A stretch of DNA of 50,609 nt from Cystobasidiomycetes sp. EMM_F5 (lineage: Eukaryota). Location: NCBI GenBank assembly GCA_051047955.1, contig JBPGPT010000014.1, positions 372,001 through 422,609 on the forward strand, given 5' to 3'. The translations under genes and the position numbers were made by a program. The notes beneath the pieces are model-generated. The model made no database searches. It had not been told where the DNA came from and was given only the letters and a program-made list of their open reading frames with translations. This document shows, one piece after another, positions 25,604 to 38,174 of the stretch; position 1 is the stretch's first letter; each line of letters starts with the position of its first letter.

Positions 25604-25815
25604 TTCCTTCGGTATTGACACTCAGATCCTCGACCGTCGACGACCGGACAAGCCCGTCGGATCGGGGAGTCCGGTGACGGCGCCGGGACCGGATACACCG
25701 AAGGGAAACTTTCGGTGCGGGGACTCCGGATGTGCAACTTTACACGCACCGAGAGACCCGCCGCAGCTAGCGTGACAAGTTCAATCCGTCTTAAGGCGTG
25801 TAAATGGAGTCCAGC
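25604..25815 (+). ncRNA. Candidate structured RNA element of unknown family
   Basis: GC-rich intergenic island with several helices, including a 9-bp stem with a GAAA tetraloop (25696-25717); G-U pairs favour the + strand. Confidence 0.45.
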
Positions 25816-26024
25816 CTTTGCTAACCGTAATATTTGCTTCCTGCTGATGCTGCTGCGCAGCCATATTCTCCGCATATGCTGAACTATTCTTCCTATGTTG
25901 CTGTTTCAAAATACTCTGCCTTACGCTCCCCTTCAGTTCCCTACTCACTCTCACAGATTGCTTTCCTGCCATCTTCGTTTCTCCACAACTGTCTTCACTG
26001 GGTAACCTACTTTACTCATTCAGA

Positions 26025-27946
26025 ATGAAGGCGTCTCGACAATTACATCGTAAGGCAACAAATGTTTTGCTGTTCGCTCTTCCGCTGGTAGCTGCAGGAC
26101 CGCATAAAATACGGCAAATTCAGTCAAACGCCACGTCAAGCAATACCGGCCTGGAAGGCATATGCACATCCGCCCACATCAATTCCCTTGTGGCAGGCTT
26201 CACTGCGCTACCGACCGTAGCATACTTCACGAATGCGACTGCTAATATAGCGACCAATCTCACCTTCGTGCCCAATCCGAATGGACCTGACTATCCATTC
26301 ACGTCTGGGCTGACATACTGCAACGTGTCTATATCGTTCAAGCACAATAACCTGAATGACGTGGTGAGTTGCACATTACTGCGAGAGGTGGTCCCGCTAA
26401 TAAGTCTAATGACAGATCACGAATCGCTTCTTCTTGCCGGTACCAAGCCAATTCAAAAAGCGTTGGCTGACACTTGGCGGCGGGGGCTGGTCTGTCAACG
26501 GTGCGAACAATCTTGCCGGCGGGCTGACATACGGAGCTGCGACGGGTGCAACGGACGGAGGCTTCTTGGCAGGATCCCTCACGGTTAACGATCTTGCTAG
26601 TGGAGGCAACGGTACCATCGCTTGGTCGCGCTTCGAGAGCTTTGCGTATCAAGCCATACACGAAGTTACCGTCAACGGCAAACAATTGGCAAACTCATTT
26701 TACAACCTAACGACTGGGCAGTTGAAGTCGTATTATCGGTAAGTTGTGGTATGCTCGTGATGACAAGCTCGGCGCTAACGCACTGCCATAGCGGATGCTC
26801 CGAAGGGGGAAGAGAAGGTCTCATGCTGTCTCAGTAAGTGTATGCGAAGCCCACCGAAAGTTTTGCTAATCTACCATCGCCAGACGGTACCCGGACGATG
26901 TCGATGGAATTGTCGCAGCAGCTCCCGCCATATATTTTCCGGTAGTTCAACTGGCGCAGTGCTGGCCGAATATTGCGATGGCTCAAATCAAGTATTGGCC
27001 CAGCCCCTGTGCATTCGCGCAGATCAACAGGGATTTTATCGCAGCATGTGACTCTCTGGACGGCAAGACAGACGGGATTGTCTCTCGCAGCGATCTGTGT
27101 ACGTACAATGCCTCCAGTAGTATCGGAAAAACATACTCGAACTGTACTCTCGGAGGAATGGGCGCCCCGACAAACGGTACCGTCAGCGCCAGCGATGCTG
27201 CCGTGGTCAGCGCCATTCTGCGGGGACCATTTGACTCTAACAATAACCAAATCTTCTATACATATCAACCGGGTACACTACTCTCTGTTGAAGCCGCTGT
27301 CACCTGGAATAATGCGTCTCAAAGCTTCGCTTCCGGCAACAGTCCCTTCTGCAACACGTACGTTCAGAACCTCGTTCGCTTGAACACGTCTGCCGCCGCT
27401 TTTGTCGTGGATTACAGTAATTATACTGTAGATAGCATCTATCAGCTGATGCTACAAGGTTTGCAAAACTACGGATCATGGTCCGAAACTACCTGGCCAG
27501 ACTTATCGCGATGGCAGGCGAGAGGAGGCAAGATCATAAATTGGCATGGCGAAGCAGACACGAACCTCTACCCGCAGGGTTCTGCTCACTATTACGAAAA
27601 AGTCCGTGCCCATATGTTCCCCAACGACACAGGATATGGAAACATTACACAATTCTACCGATATTTCCTCGTACCCGGAGCAGCACACTGTTCTATTAGC
27701 GCATACACACCAACAGGACCCTATCCTTCGAATGCTCTTTCGCAAATGTTCAGTTGGGTGGAGAATGGGACTGCACCTGCGTACCTCGATGGAACCACTT
27801 TCACAAACTCTAGCACTCAGAGCCAGATCTGCATGTGGCCGTCTGTTCCTACATGGACCAACAATGGCACAACCTTCTCGTGCGAGGCTGCAAACCGTTC
27901 CGCAACATTTATCAAACCATTGAACGCCTGGAAGGTAGACTACTAA
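26025..27946 (+). CDS. Secreted tannase/feruloyl esterase family protein
   Basis: Signal peptide; RWLTLGGGG, catalytic GCSEGGREG on a small exon, GIVAAAPA, CDSLDGKTDGIVS, GGKIINWHGEAD, FLVPGAAHC; many N-glycosylation sequons. Confidence 0.92.
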
Positions 27947-28294
27947 GCGGAGGAAACAGATGACGAAATCAGGGTACCGCTGGTTAGCATGCTCAGCACT
28001 CGCCAATTTATTGATACTTCGCCACTTTTATATTAGTAGTAATGTCATGATCAGTCTTAATATAGGGAATTTGTCACAGGGTGCTGCCCGTCTTGTTGCA
28101 AATTAGCGCGTCTCCGAATGATGATTCCCGCAGACAGCGACGTTGTCTTCGTTGTCTTCCGAGAGTCAACGCGATACACCTTTACTATTGGTGGCGAAAT
28201 GATCAATTTTAGCCGTGACCACGGTTTAGCTCTGCACCAGAGACTGGATAGCAGATCAACGCTTCCAACAGCTGCAATTGTCACGCCGTCTGAG

Positions 28295-30170
28295 ATGCCT
28301 GGTCAGTCCGCGAATTTGGTCTGAATCATGCCGAAGAACTCATTGTCCCACTCCTGCAGGTCGACTGTCGCTAGCACAACAGCTGGCTAGCATTCAGGAT
28401 GTTGCGCCGCAAGGTGAATCAGCTCAATGTGCTTCAACGGCGTCCAAGACCTAACCTTTTAGCATCGCAATTTACAGAGTTCGACCCAGAAGCCGCAGGC
28501 TTTTCGATAAATTCCGATTTACAGGACTTAGGTGCAGGACGGGCAGACTATTTACCAGTCAGGTTGGTGCAAGTTTCTTCCGGGGGAGCCATGTTCTGAT
28601 AAATTCACTCTGCGCATCGAACACCAGTGAAAGCAGACTGCGAAAGGGTTTACAGACCGAATTGGACGACAAGTACTCTGGTACCCGTAGCAGTCGCAAA
28701 GAGCTCTATGATGGACCTTCTGAGGAAGAAGAAGACAGTGATGGTTCAGATGGTGCGGAAGGATCGGAGAGTGCCTCAGATGGCAATGATGAGGGGGACG
28801 GTGACCATGTTGAGGAGGACTACGAACTGGAAGAAGTACTGCCCTTCGGCGCAGAAGAGGACGACAACGACGGTAGCGAGGATTCCTCGAGCGTGTCATC
28901 AGCCCAGAATGCGGCACACCAAGACGTTACGACAACAAAGCTCAATGGCAAGGCATCAAGACGCTCGGACGCCAAGCTTGGCAAGGTCGACGATGACGCG
29001 AAGACCATCCTGAAAGAGCTCAGGAAAGCTTCATCCGCTGACATCGCCAAAGGCAGAGAGGTCAAGAAGCAGCTGGTGAGCATGATATCGGCTTTGAAAG
29101 TCGAAATCTAGTAAAGTTGGGAGCTGCTTCCAGGGATTCTGGGATACCTTGCTGGAGGCTCGTATACGATTGCAAAAGTGTACTACAAATGTCAATATCC
29201 TCCCATCGGTGAGTTGTGAAGCACGCTGTTGCAACAACCTTACTCACTACTTCGCTGCGAACAGCCGGATATCTTTCCCGCTTATGCCGAGGCTGCACCT
29301 GCGGAATTGAATACTGCTGTCAATAATCTTGAAAAACTAAGCGAAGCCCTGTTCGCTCTGCGGGAGCATTTGTACAGGGACAATGACAAGCTCGATACAA
29401 GCAATTTAGCAAGCAATAAACGCAAGAGGAGCGGGACAGAATATGTCGACGATGCACTCTCGTCTCTTGATGCGATAGCGAGCTTGGTGCGAGAGCAAGA
29501 ACGCTCAACAATATCGAAGTGGTCCGACAAAGTGGCAGCTGCTACTGTCAGCGGAGCATCGCAAAACAAGTTCAAGGCGATCGGGACACAAAACACACTG
29601 GTGCAGATCGACAACATCATCGCCGCTGATGTGGATCGCTTGGTCGAGCGGACGCGCATTCGTCGAGGCGGGGGCACTAAAGTCGTCAAAGTGGTCGGGC
29701 GTGTAAGGCAATTTACTATGCGCGCATGTGTCAATCTGACATTGCCTTCACTTCAGGATGTGACACACCAGCCTGTTGCCGGAGAGAAAGATGCAGATCC
29801 AAACGTCTATGATGATACCGATTTCTATCAGGCACTATTGCGAGAAGTCGTAGATTCTGGAGGCCGGCATGGTGCAGCTCCTTTACCCGGTACTGCTGCA
29901 TCATACGCAAGCTATAACAATGTGTCACGCAAGAAGGCATCCGGCACTCTGGATCCCAAAGCTAGCAAAGGGCGTAAAATCCGGTATCATGTTCACGAGA
30001 AGTTGCAGAACTTCATGGCGCCGATACCTACAGATACTTGGGGCGCTACACAGATTGACGAATTGTTCCGCGGCTTGCTTGGCGCCCAAGCTGCACATAA
30101 AATAACAAACGGAGATCATGAGCTGGAAGAGGCTAGTTTAGATAATGCTCCTCAGATACGGATATTTTAG
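28295..30170 (+). CDS. BFR2: Bfr2/AATF ribosome biogenesis factor
   Basis: 7-nt first coding exon then GRLSLAQQL...EFDPE; ADIAKGREVKKQL, WDTLLEARIRLQK, YDDTDFYQALLRE, DPKASKGRKIRYHVHEKLQNFMAP. Confidence 0.94.
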
Positions 30171-30187
30171 CCGAGGAACCGAAGGGA

Positions 30188-30485
30188 TCACTCTTGTCGT
30201 GTATGCATATACAGTCTTCCGAAAGGCCTTCTCTGTTGATCTCAAGCAGTATCAGCTTGAGGGTGTGCATCGTCATGTCCATGTGGGTCTCGTTCACGCC
30301 GATGGACAGGATTTGTGAAACAACGGAGACCATCAATTCTGTGCTCTGGTCCGTTGCGCAGTTCATACTTACGTTTTGCGAAGCTGACCCCACGCTCATT
30401 CACAGAAAGAGGAGAAAGACTACCGCACTCGATTTCAACTAAGATTGACAACGGCTGCCAGGCTACGCAGGCCACTGAGTGCACA
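30188..30485 (-). ncRNA. Candidate spliced ncRNA (H/ACA-like hairpin interrupted by a 140-nt intron at 30233-30372); alternatively a 23-aa sORF
   Basis: GTAAGTAT donor, CTGAT branch point, CAACAG acceptor; an 8-bp stem spans the exon junction. Confidence 0.35.
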
Positions 30486-30595
30486 TATGAAGACACGAGC
30501 ATAAAGGACAGAACATAGACACAGACACACGTCCGCATCTGCCTTGTCGTCCACGTTCCGGGTCTCGTTGACTTTTCGAGAGAGGACTCGCAAGA

Positions 30596-33056
30596 ATGGA
30601 CGACTCGGACCTGTTGATGCAGACGGAAAGGCTGTCTCAAAGTGGCAGCGTCAACGAAATGGAAGTAGAAGGCGAGGACACTCACTTCGTCAGAGATGCC
30701 GATATGGACGCCGAGCATGAAGACCTGTCGCAACGAGTTCACGAGGCTTTGCCAAATGACGAGGAAATGGCACCGGACATTCACGGTGGAGGTGACGATC
30801 TGAACTACAACGCTGGGCCATGGCAAGATGTAGACCTCCCTGTGCCAGATCCCGATGATACTGAATACCCCGTGGGTCAAGCTTTCGAAGGAGACACAGT
30901 CGATATTGCCCCTATAGGGGAGTCAAGTCAAGGAGTACAGCTTGGAACGGGTGAACAACAGGGCGCTACCGTATTCTCTGTCGATCCAGTCATGAATAAC
31001 GCGGTTTCTACGATTAATGATAGCACCAATACACCCACAAATCCCATCAATGATCATGTAGAGGCGCAACCCGCCGGCGGTGTGACAGTACATCACTACA
31101 CTACAGTAGACGGACGCGATGAAGTCGGATCGGATACTGCCGGCGCGTCGCAATCACTTGCTGAGAATCGCTCCGGGCAAGCGGTTCCAGACAGTTTGCC
31201 AGAGCCCCATACCCACTCAAACACGTAAGTGTCTGTAGAGCGACTCGTATTCGAAGAGGCTGACGGTTACAAAATGCAGTGACGAGACAGAACCGCATTC
31301 AGCAACTGTCTTGACGGCTGACGGCGCACAATCAGAGTCTGAAAAAGATCAAACTAAGCCCGTATTGCAAAAGGAGTTCCTCGAGCACGTCAATCTGTTT
31401 TCGAGCGATGACGAGGACAGCCGGTGGACTCCGCACGTTTACCTGATATATGATAATCTAGCCTACTCCCTTTTCCGTTCTTCAAGCAGCCCGTCAGGCG
31501 ATGATGAGCAGATCCTCTTTGGTGGAGACAGCGACCACCACTTGTATTTTGACAGCCTTGAAATCTTCATCAGCAGCTTGCATCAAGCTTTCCCTGATCT
31601 TAGCGCGGATGGCGAAAAAGAAATCATCCTCGATTTTGGCATTCTCGAGATGCAAATTGGAGAGGTGGGCGGTTTTCACACATCGTGCACGCTCAGGTGC
31701 TGATGCACCGTAAATTTCAGGATAATGTCTATGCCAAACAGCTGTCGTTGTACGATTTTGACCGCATACGCGCTGGCATGTGCCAGCCTGAGCTTGACCG
31801 ATTGCAAATCAATGTGCTCGTTGGTAAAAGGTTCGTACAGCGCTTCAACGAGCTCGCTGAGCATTGCTATCGCATGCATGCTGGTAGTGGTGAGTCTGCA
31901 TCCCGCAGCTATAAAAAGTATGTGGCTAACTGATTCGCGACAGACGAAGACGATGAGGGCACTGTTCAAGGCGATCCATTGACGGCCGGCGATGCCGAAG
32001 AAGCCGAGCAGTATGAAGATGCAGAGTATCAGGAAGCAGAACCTGCAGCAGACTATGTGACAGGGAGCAATGTCGAAGATCTAGATGAAGAAGAACAAGC
32101 GACTGAACTGGAGGATGCTGCGACTGAGCTTGACGAGCTTCAGCAAGGTTACGAGGCGTCCGAAAGTGTCCCGGGAACGTCTAGCAGCAGAATAAATTAC
32201 GACGCCGCATCGGAACATACAGCACTACAGACCGAAGAAGAACTTCAACCACCCTCTGATGACCATTATGAAGATGGCGAATTTGGCGCAGAGGACGAGG
32301 GCGAAGACGGCGGAGAGGGAGAAGAAGTAGAAGCGGTGGAAGACGATGCATACCAAGTCGTGCCCTCGTACAACGAGCAAGTTGCGGAAGTTCGTGATGA
32401 CGCAGCAGATGGGGGAAGCCAAGCTGGCGTGATTACTGATGCGGAGCAGGAGGAGCACGAACGGCAGCAAGATGGCCAAGATGACTATGGAAATGATGAC
32501 GACGAAGAGTACGAAGAGATCGAAGAATACGTCGAGCCTATCGATCCCGAAGCATCTCTCGATGAAGCTGCAGAGCAAGCTGAAGCTTACGATGAGGCAG
32601 TAGCTGATGCGGAGGAAGCCGATGAAGAGGAAGGCGAAGCCAATGCGCATCTCAACGGAGACTCGTCATATCCGACATATACTTCCGCTGAGGCTCCCAC
32701 CGATCCTGCACCAGAAGAAGAGAGCTCAAAGTATTACCACCAGCTTGCCTCGCCAACCAACGAGGAGATCGTCCTGGTCGAGCACCCCGGAAACGGTGCT
32801 AGCAGCACTCAGGTCCAAGCGACAGTCATAGGCGACAATGACAGCGGGCACATCGAGGAGAACGCAGATGCTGATCCAGGAAGAGTTTTGAAGGCGAAAA
32901 GGAGCAGGAATGGTTTGGACAATTCAGACGACGAAACGGCCGAAGAGGCTGGCTTCATGGCAACGCACAGCCCAAGTAAGTGAGCGTTCCTTAGCAGAAG
33001 ACAATCTACTAAGGCTGCGTTCAGCTGCGACGAAAAGGCCAAAGATTGATACTTGA
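30596..33056 (+). CDS. Highly acidic protein with a central DUF2420/Rmr1-like domain and a C-terminal NLS-like KRPK
   Basis: Folded segment YLIYDNLAYSLF...LDFGILEMQIGEDNVYAKQLSLYD flanked by E/D-rich regions; multi-exon. Domain assigned from memory. Confidence 0.7.
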
Positions 33057-33766
33057 AACCAAAGCCTGACGAAATACTTGCCCAAGTTGAGCGCAGTGCC
33101 GGAGCAAGACATACCTCGAGAGATGCTTGTGCAGTTCCAGCAATCCTACGGGATCAGCAAGGTTTCTCACCTGACAACGACCATCAAGTCTCACCTCGCC
33201 AGAATACAGTGTCCCGGTACAGCAAGCATTCCTCCGCTTCTGCACAAATCCTTCCAATTGTGCCACGGAACGCAAGATACGATCGCAAGACCGCAAACAA
33301 ACTCTCGCTTATGGACACAGGTGCAAATTGATTGAATTGGACGCCACCGCTTCTCCACTCGAAGTTCCGACACACAATACTGACCATACTTACTTATTTC
33401 CCCCAAAATGGAATCCATGGATGCAGCAGCGGGCTTCGGTAAGGCTGTCTAACGTGCTGATGCTTTCATCTTCTGGTTTACAGATTCGATGCGGAATGAC
33501 GATTGGGCAGGTTGGCGAGGAGTGCAGCTTCTGTTGCTAGAAGATAGACGCTCACAATGCGTTGTATCGCACTCACGTTGTGGTGTGGAACGTTAACTTA
33601 CATGACTGTTTTGAGCATGGTCGTCGTTTCGGGCTTCGTGTCGACACCGATCGCCTTGTTTGTTGTCACTGCTTCGAGACAAGGCAGTGCACTCTGCCAA
33701 TGCGATACTGAAGCCTGCAGTTGTGCTGGAAATTGCTGCACAGTCTGTGGAAACTGAGCGCCATCC

Positions 33767-36700
33767 ATGTCGACGTCGACGTCGGCTGCTCGCCCGCAGT
33801 CGCGCTCCAGGACACGAAGTCGTACAGACTTGCGCGAAGAAGGCACCGGAGCTGGAGCTGCATCAGGCAGCAGCAGCAGTATAAGCGATGGCAGGCTGCC
33901 AGACGAAGGCGGAGACGAGTTGGATTTCTGCAATGCGTTTTGGACCAACAGATCCGAAGTGCTCAGCGCGCAGGATGGCAAAGGCATGGGAAGCAGCGGG
34001 CCGCTGGGACAGCCGAGCTATGATACACTCATGACCCGAAACAAGAACTCTGGACGGATGCTTGAAGACTTTCGCGCATTCTTCAAAGAACGGCGAGTTG
34101 AGCATTGGTCGTTGTTGACGATAAAAGTGGCTGACATTAAATGGGCCCACTTGTAGAGCTGCGATAGAGGAAGACTATGCAAAGAGAATGGCTAAATTAG
34201 CACGAATGCCTCTTGGCCGAGACGAGAACGGGTCAGCCATACTCAACGCCAACGAATGAATCGATGTATTGACTATTTGCCTGCAGCGAGCTTGGAAACC
34301 TGCTCAAACGACTACAATACGAGCTCGATATGTCGGGGAAATGTCACGGCGAATTGGCAAAGTAAGGCTACACGTTTAACGCTTTTGCACAACAAACATA
34401 TATTGAATACCGCCACCAGCGTCATCCGACAGACACTAGAAACCAGAGTGAGAGACTACGAAGCCAGTCGAGATCAACGGAGAAAGAATGTGGGGTCACT
34501 GGCTGTCAAGGCTTGCCTCGTAAATACTGAGACGAAGTGACCGCAGGTGCAAAGTAATATCGAACGGTCTTGGAAGAACAAGCTTGCGCAAGAGGCTTCC
34601 GTGCACAAGGCCATGGAGAAGTACAAGCAAGACTGTATATTGATCAATTCCTTTTCGGCTCGCTTAAGCTTGACCCAAGGCAAGGACTTGGACAGAGTGC
34701 GTTACCTCGATGGGAGAGTATCGTATGCGGACCTATTGCTGACCACTTTCGCGCCGTGGACAGGTCACGGCCAAGCTCGATAAAGCTCAACAGACTGTAC
34801 AAGTCAACGAAGCGGAATATAAGAACTTTTGCCGCGCTCTGAAGGACACTCACCATAAATGGGTAGAAGACTGGAGATCTTGGTGCGATGTGAGCTTGGC
34901 GGTATACTGCGGACATTGGCTACATGCTGAATTATATGTACGCAGCTTTCACAAGACCTCGAAGAAGAGCGAATTGATTTCACACGCAACTCGCTGTGGG
35001 CATATGTCAATGCAGTCAGCCTGGTGTGCGTAAAAGACGATGAAGCATGCGAAAATGTGCGGCAGTCTGTTGAGAATTGCGATGCTACGAGGGAGTTGCG
35101 TACATGGGTTGCCAAGGAGAAGGGAGGAAACATCGTGCCGGATCCGCCCCACTTCAATGACTTCTCTGATGGTGACAAAGGGTTTGCGCAACCGCCTATG
35201 CAAGAAGCCAAGTTTGCGAGATTGTCACGCAAAGCCGACCAAGCGCCTTTCGATAGCTTGGAGCGGTTGCAAGCGGCGATATATCCGCAAAGTCAGCGAG
35301 ATGGTGCCAAAGGAAGGGCTCAACCTCAGACGCCACAAGCGACTGGCAGCACTGCGGCCGGGTATGACACGGCACGTCAGTCACCCGGCACGGCTGAAGA
35401 CGTACGCGCTGCTACTCCCCGAAGCCATACTCCTCCAGCATCCACAGCTCGCACGTCCAGTCCGACCAAGCCTTCAGCTGTAACGTCTCCTAAATCTTCC
35501 CAGCCGAAACTTCCTGCCATGTTCTCAGCCACCGACGCAAAGTCGGGTGGCAGCAAGAGCAGGCCTACCTCGCGAGTAGGCACGTACGGAGAGCTTGATA
35601 AGCCCGAATCAGAAATGACGACAGCCGAGAGACTGCAGTATCAGGCTTCCCAGAAGCGTATTTCCACTACTGCGAAAACCACAATGCCTGCTCCTCCTTC
35701 TCCAAATTACCCGTATGCCTCACCGAGACACGCTAAGCCATTTGACCCCGCCTCTGCCGCTGAAAGCGATATTGTGGAAAGTAGCGAAGCTATCCTGCCG
35801 GCTGTACCGCCCGTGCCCACTGCAAAGAAGGGCGAAGATCCGCTCTTGGCGGCATTGGCAAAGTTGAGATCACCTGGCAGTGCGGTTGATGTTCTGCCTG
35901 CCAATTCGCCAGGCGTACCTTCACTTCCTGGCACCAGTGGGACATTCGGACGGAGTGGCGGCTCGTTCTCTCAGAATCAGATTCGTAGCCATACCCCAAA
36001 CTTGGCACAACCAGGTCAAGCTCAATTTGATGGGCGAAGATCACCATCACAGCCCATACCGAATCAGAATGCGCGATCGGGAGCTCCAGGAGGGTATGCT
36101 CGACCGCCATCTACTGCGGGTCAGTACGGCGATCAAGTGCAGGCGGGAATGTCGAGAAGCGCTACCTCTCCTGCTCCGCACACTTTGCATCAGAACAGTA
36201 TATCTTACAATAGGCCGCTCACGGATGAGAGAGGTCCGCCGCGTTCAGCTTCGTCTGTCCCGTATCAGCAGCAGCAGCAAGCTCGATCCCGGCCCACAAC
36301 GCCTGTTGCTGGCTCGTATCCTGCAGGTCAGTATGGAGCACCACACGGTGGTCAAATTGCTCCTCAAGGCAGGGCGCCAAACGGCTTTCCAGCACAAGGT
36401 CAGCCCTATGAGAAGCGACAAAGTATTGGTCAGCCATCGAATGCGGCCCCACCACCCGCCAGCCTCGTACAATCACACAGTCGGCCAGCGAGCCCAGCTA
36501 TGCGCTCTCCTCCGTCGCAGAATGCATATGCAGGGTATCAGCAGCAACCCAACATGTCGCAAGGGTATCAGAATATGCAGCAAGGAGGTCCGCCTGGCAT
36601 GCGATCGCCGTCGCCCGGACCTGGCTATGGTCAGCCGATTCCTGGTACTGCGATACCTTCTCAGGGGTCAATGTACGTAGCTGGAGACCGACCGCATTCA

Positions 36701-37774
36701 TATCATCCACAACAGCCGCCTGTAGGTGGTCGTGTTCCCGCACAGCAACCTCGACCTGTAAGTTACGGCGCTACGCCCACCAATCCGCAAATACCTCAAC
36801 AGCAACAGCGCCCTACGACGCCGCTGGGTATTGCGCTCGACGCAACTGGAGCCGTGACGCAGGATCAGATGGCGAATAGGTATGCTAGTCCTGCTCCGAT
36901 GCAGCAACAACAGTCGCAACAGCAGGCGTTTGGCGTACATTCTCAAGGCCGGCAATCTACTGGTCCTTCACAGCCGCCTGTCGCTTCAGGCGTACCGTTG
37001 CAGAGTAGTGCATCGCAGCCGCAATCTTTGGGATATAAACATGGTGCCGCCATGTTCAGGCAGGGTCAGCCCGGTCAGCCGTCGCTGCAGCAAGGCCAAC
37101 AACCCTTGCAAGGTCGAAACAGCTTTTCGACGCCCGTTGGCAGTCAAATACCTGGAGGTATGCAGGGTGCTTTCTCGCCTGGGCCCGGTCAGCAGGGAAT
37201 GATGCAACAGTCGTTTAGTGCCGGTATGCCTCGACAGCAACAGCCTAGCTCACAACAGCCGCAGCCGTATAATACAGGCTATCGACCGCCTTCGACACAT
37301 CAGCAGATGCCTATGCAGCACCAGCACATCACCCCTCAACAGCCTGCGCAGCAGCAGAGTATCGGTCGTTCGGGAAGTATGGGAGTGCCTCCTGCGCAAG
37401 TGGATGCGTACAGCATGCCTGCTCAACCAGCATACACAGACCAGCCATTCCAGTCTAATCCACAGATGGTGACGAGTCCTTCTGCCGGAGTTGGCCCTGC
37501 CCCACCTGCACCCGCACAACCCAATGGACAGCAGAGGAGTGGTACAGGACAATTCACCGAGTCTGGCTTTCCCATCAAATTCTACGTTCGAGCCATCTAC
37601 CAATACGATGCGAGTACACCTGAAGAGTTTAGCTTTCAAAAGGATGATGTCATCTGTGTGCTTCAAACGGCAGAGGATGGATGGTGGGAGGGCGAGTTGC
37701 TCGATCCTGTTCGTGCGAAAGCGGCGGGGAATGCACGTACCTTTCCGAGCAACTTTACGACGCTGCTTGAATGA
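33767..37774 (+). CDS. HOF1: F-BAR and SH3 protein (Hof1/Cdc15/Imp2 family)
   Basis: DFCNAFW, FFKERAAIEEDYAKRMAKL, FQDLEEERIDFTRNSLWAYVNAVS..CVKDDEACENVR; Pro/Gln-rich middle; SH3 VRAIYQYDASTPEEFSF...DGWWEGE...FPSNF. Confidence 0.88.
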
Positions 37775-38107
37775 ATGAACATTCTGAGAAGATACACGGG
37801 TTATTGTAGTCAGTTTCAGCGTAGACGTTTGTACGAATGTTGTGCTGGATGTAGTCAGTGTTGAGTGAATGATGTAACTTATGCTCTTTGTGCGTTGCCA
37901 CTTGGACCTGCAGGAAGATGGAGAAGAGCGATAACGTTAGAGGGAAGCGAGGAGAGTCTTGGTTGTTGTAATGAGTACATTATGTCCTCGCAGTGCCTCA
38001 GATGTCTTCATTACAAATCTGATTGTAATGCTCCATTACAAAACGGCAATTAGTGACCCACTGTACGCGCACACAACCACACTGACCGCTCAAAGGGGGG
38101 CAGTACC

Positions 38108-38161
38108 ATGGCAGACTCGACCAGACCAACAGCAGCACGGGATACACCACACCACAGCTGA
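38108..38161 (+). promoter_or_regulatory. uORF (17 aa) ahead of the UFD4 start
   Basis: ACCATGG context; MADSTRPTAARDTPHHS*; ends 13 nt before ATG 38175. Confidence 0.4.
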
Positions 38162-38174
38162 GCGACTGCCTCGC

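Noticed and set aside
25690..25830. Assignment as RNase P, tRNA, U1 or telomerase RNA
   Set aside because: P2 and P4 of RNase P cannot be built; the T-loop-like GTTCAATCC has no T-stem next to an acceptor stem; the U1-like ACTCCGGATGTGC lacks the ATACTTACCTG 5' end; CTAACCGTAA is not a TTAGGG template.
28118..28294. ATGATGA (box C) with a distant CTGA as a C/D snoRNA
   Set aside because: Boxes are about 170 nt apart with no terminal stem or recognisable guide; this is the BFR2 promoter region.
30365..30395. ATACTTAC on the + strand as a U1 snRNA start
   Set aside because: It continues GTTTTG rather than CTG and is simply the reverse complement of the minus-strand donor.
35880..36680. Long overlapping or antisense ORFs (also 890-1324, 8747-9223, 30242-30880, 41408-41962)
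   Set aside because: Shadows of low-complexity coding regions with no independent domain signal.
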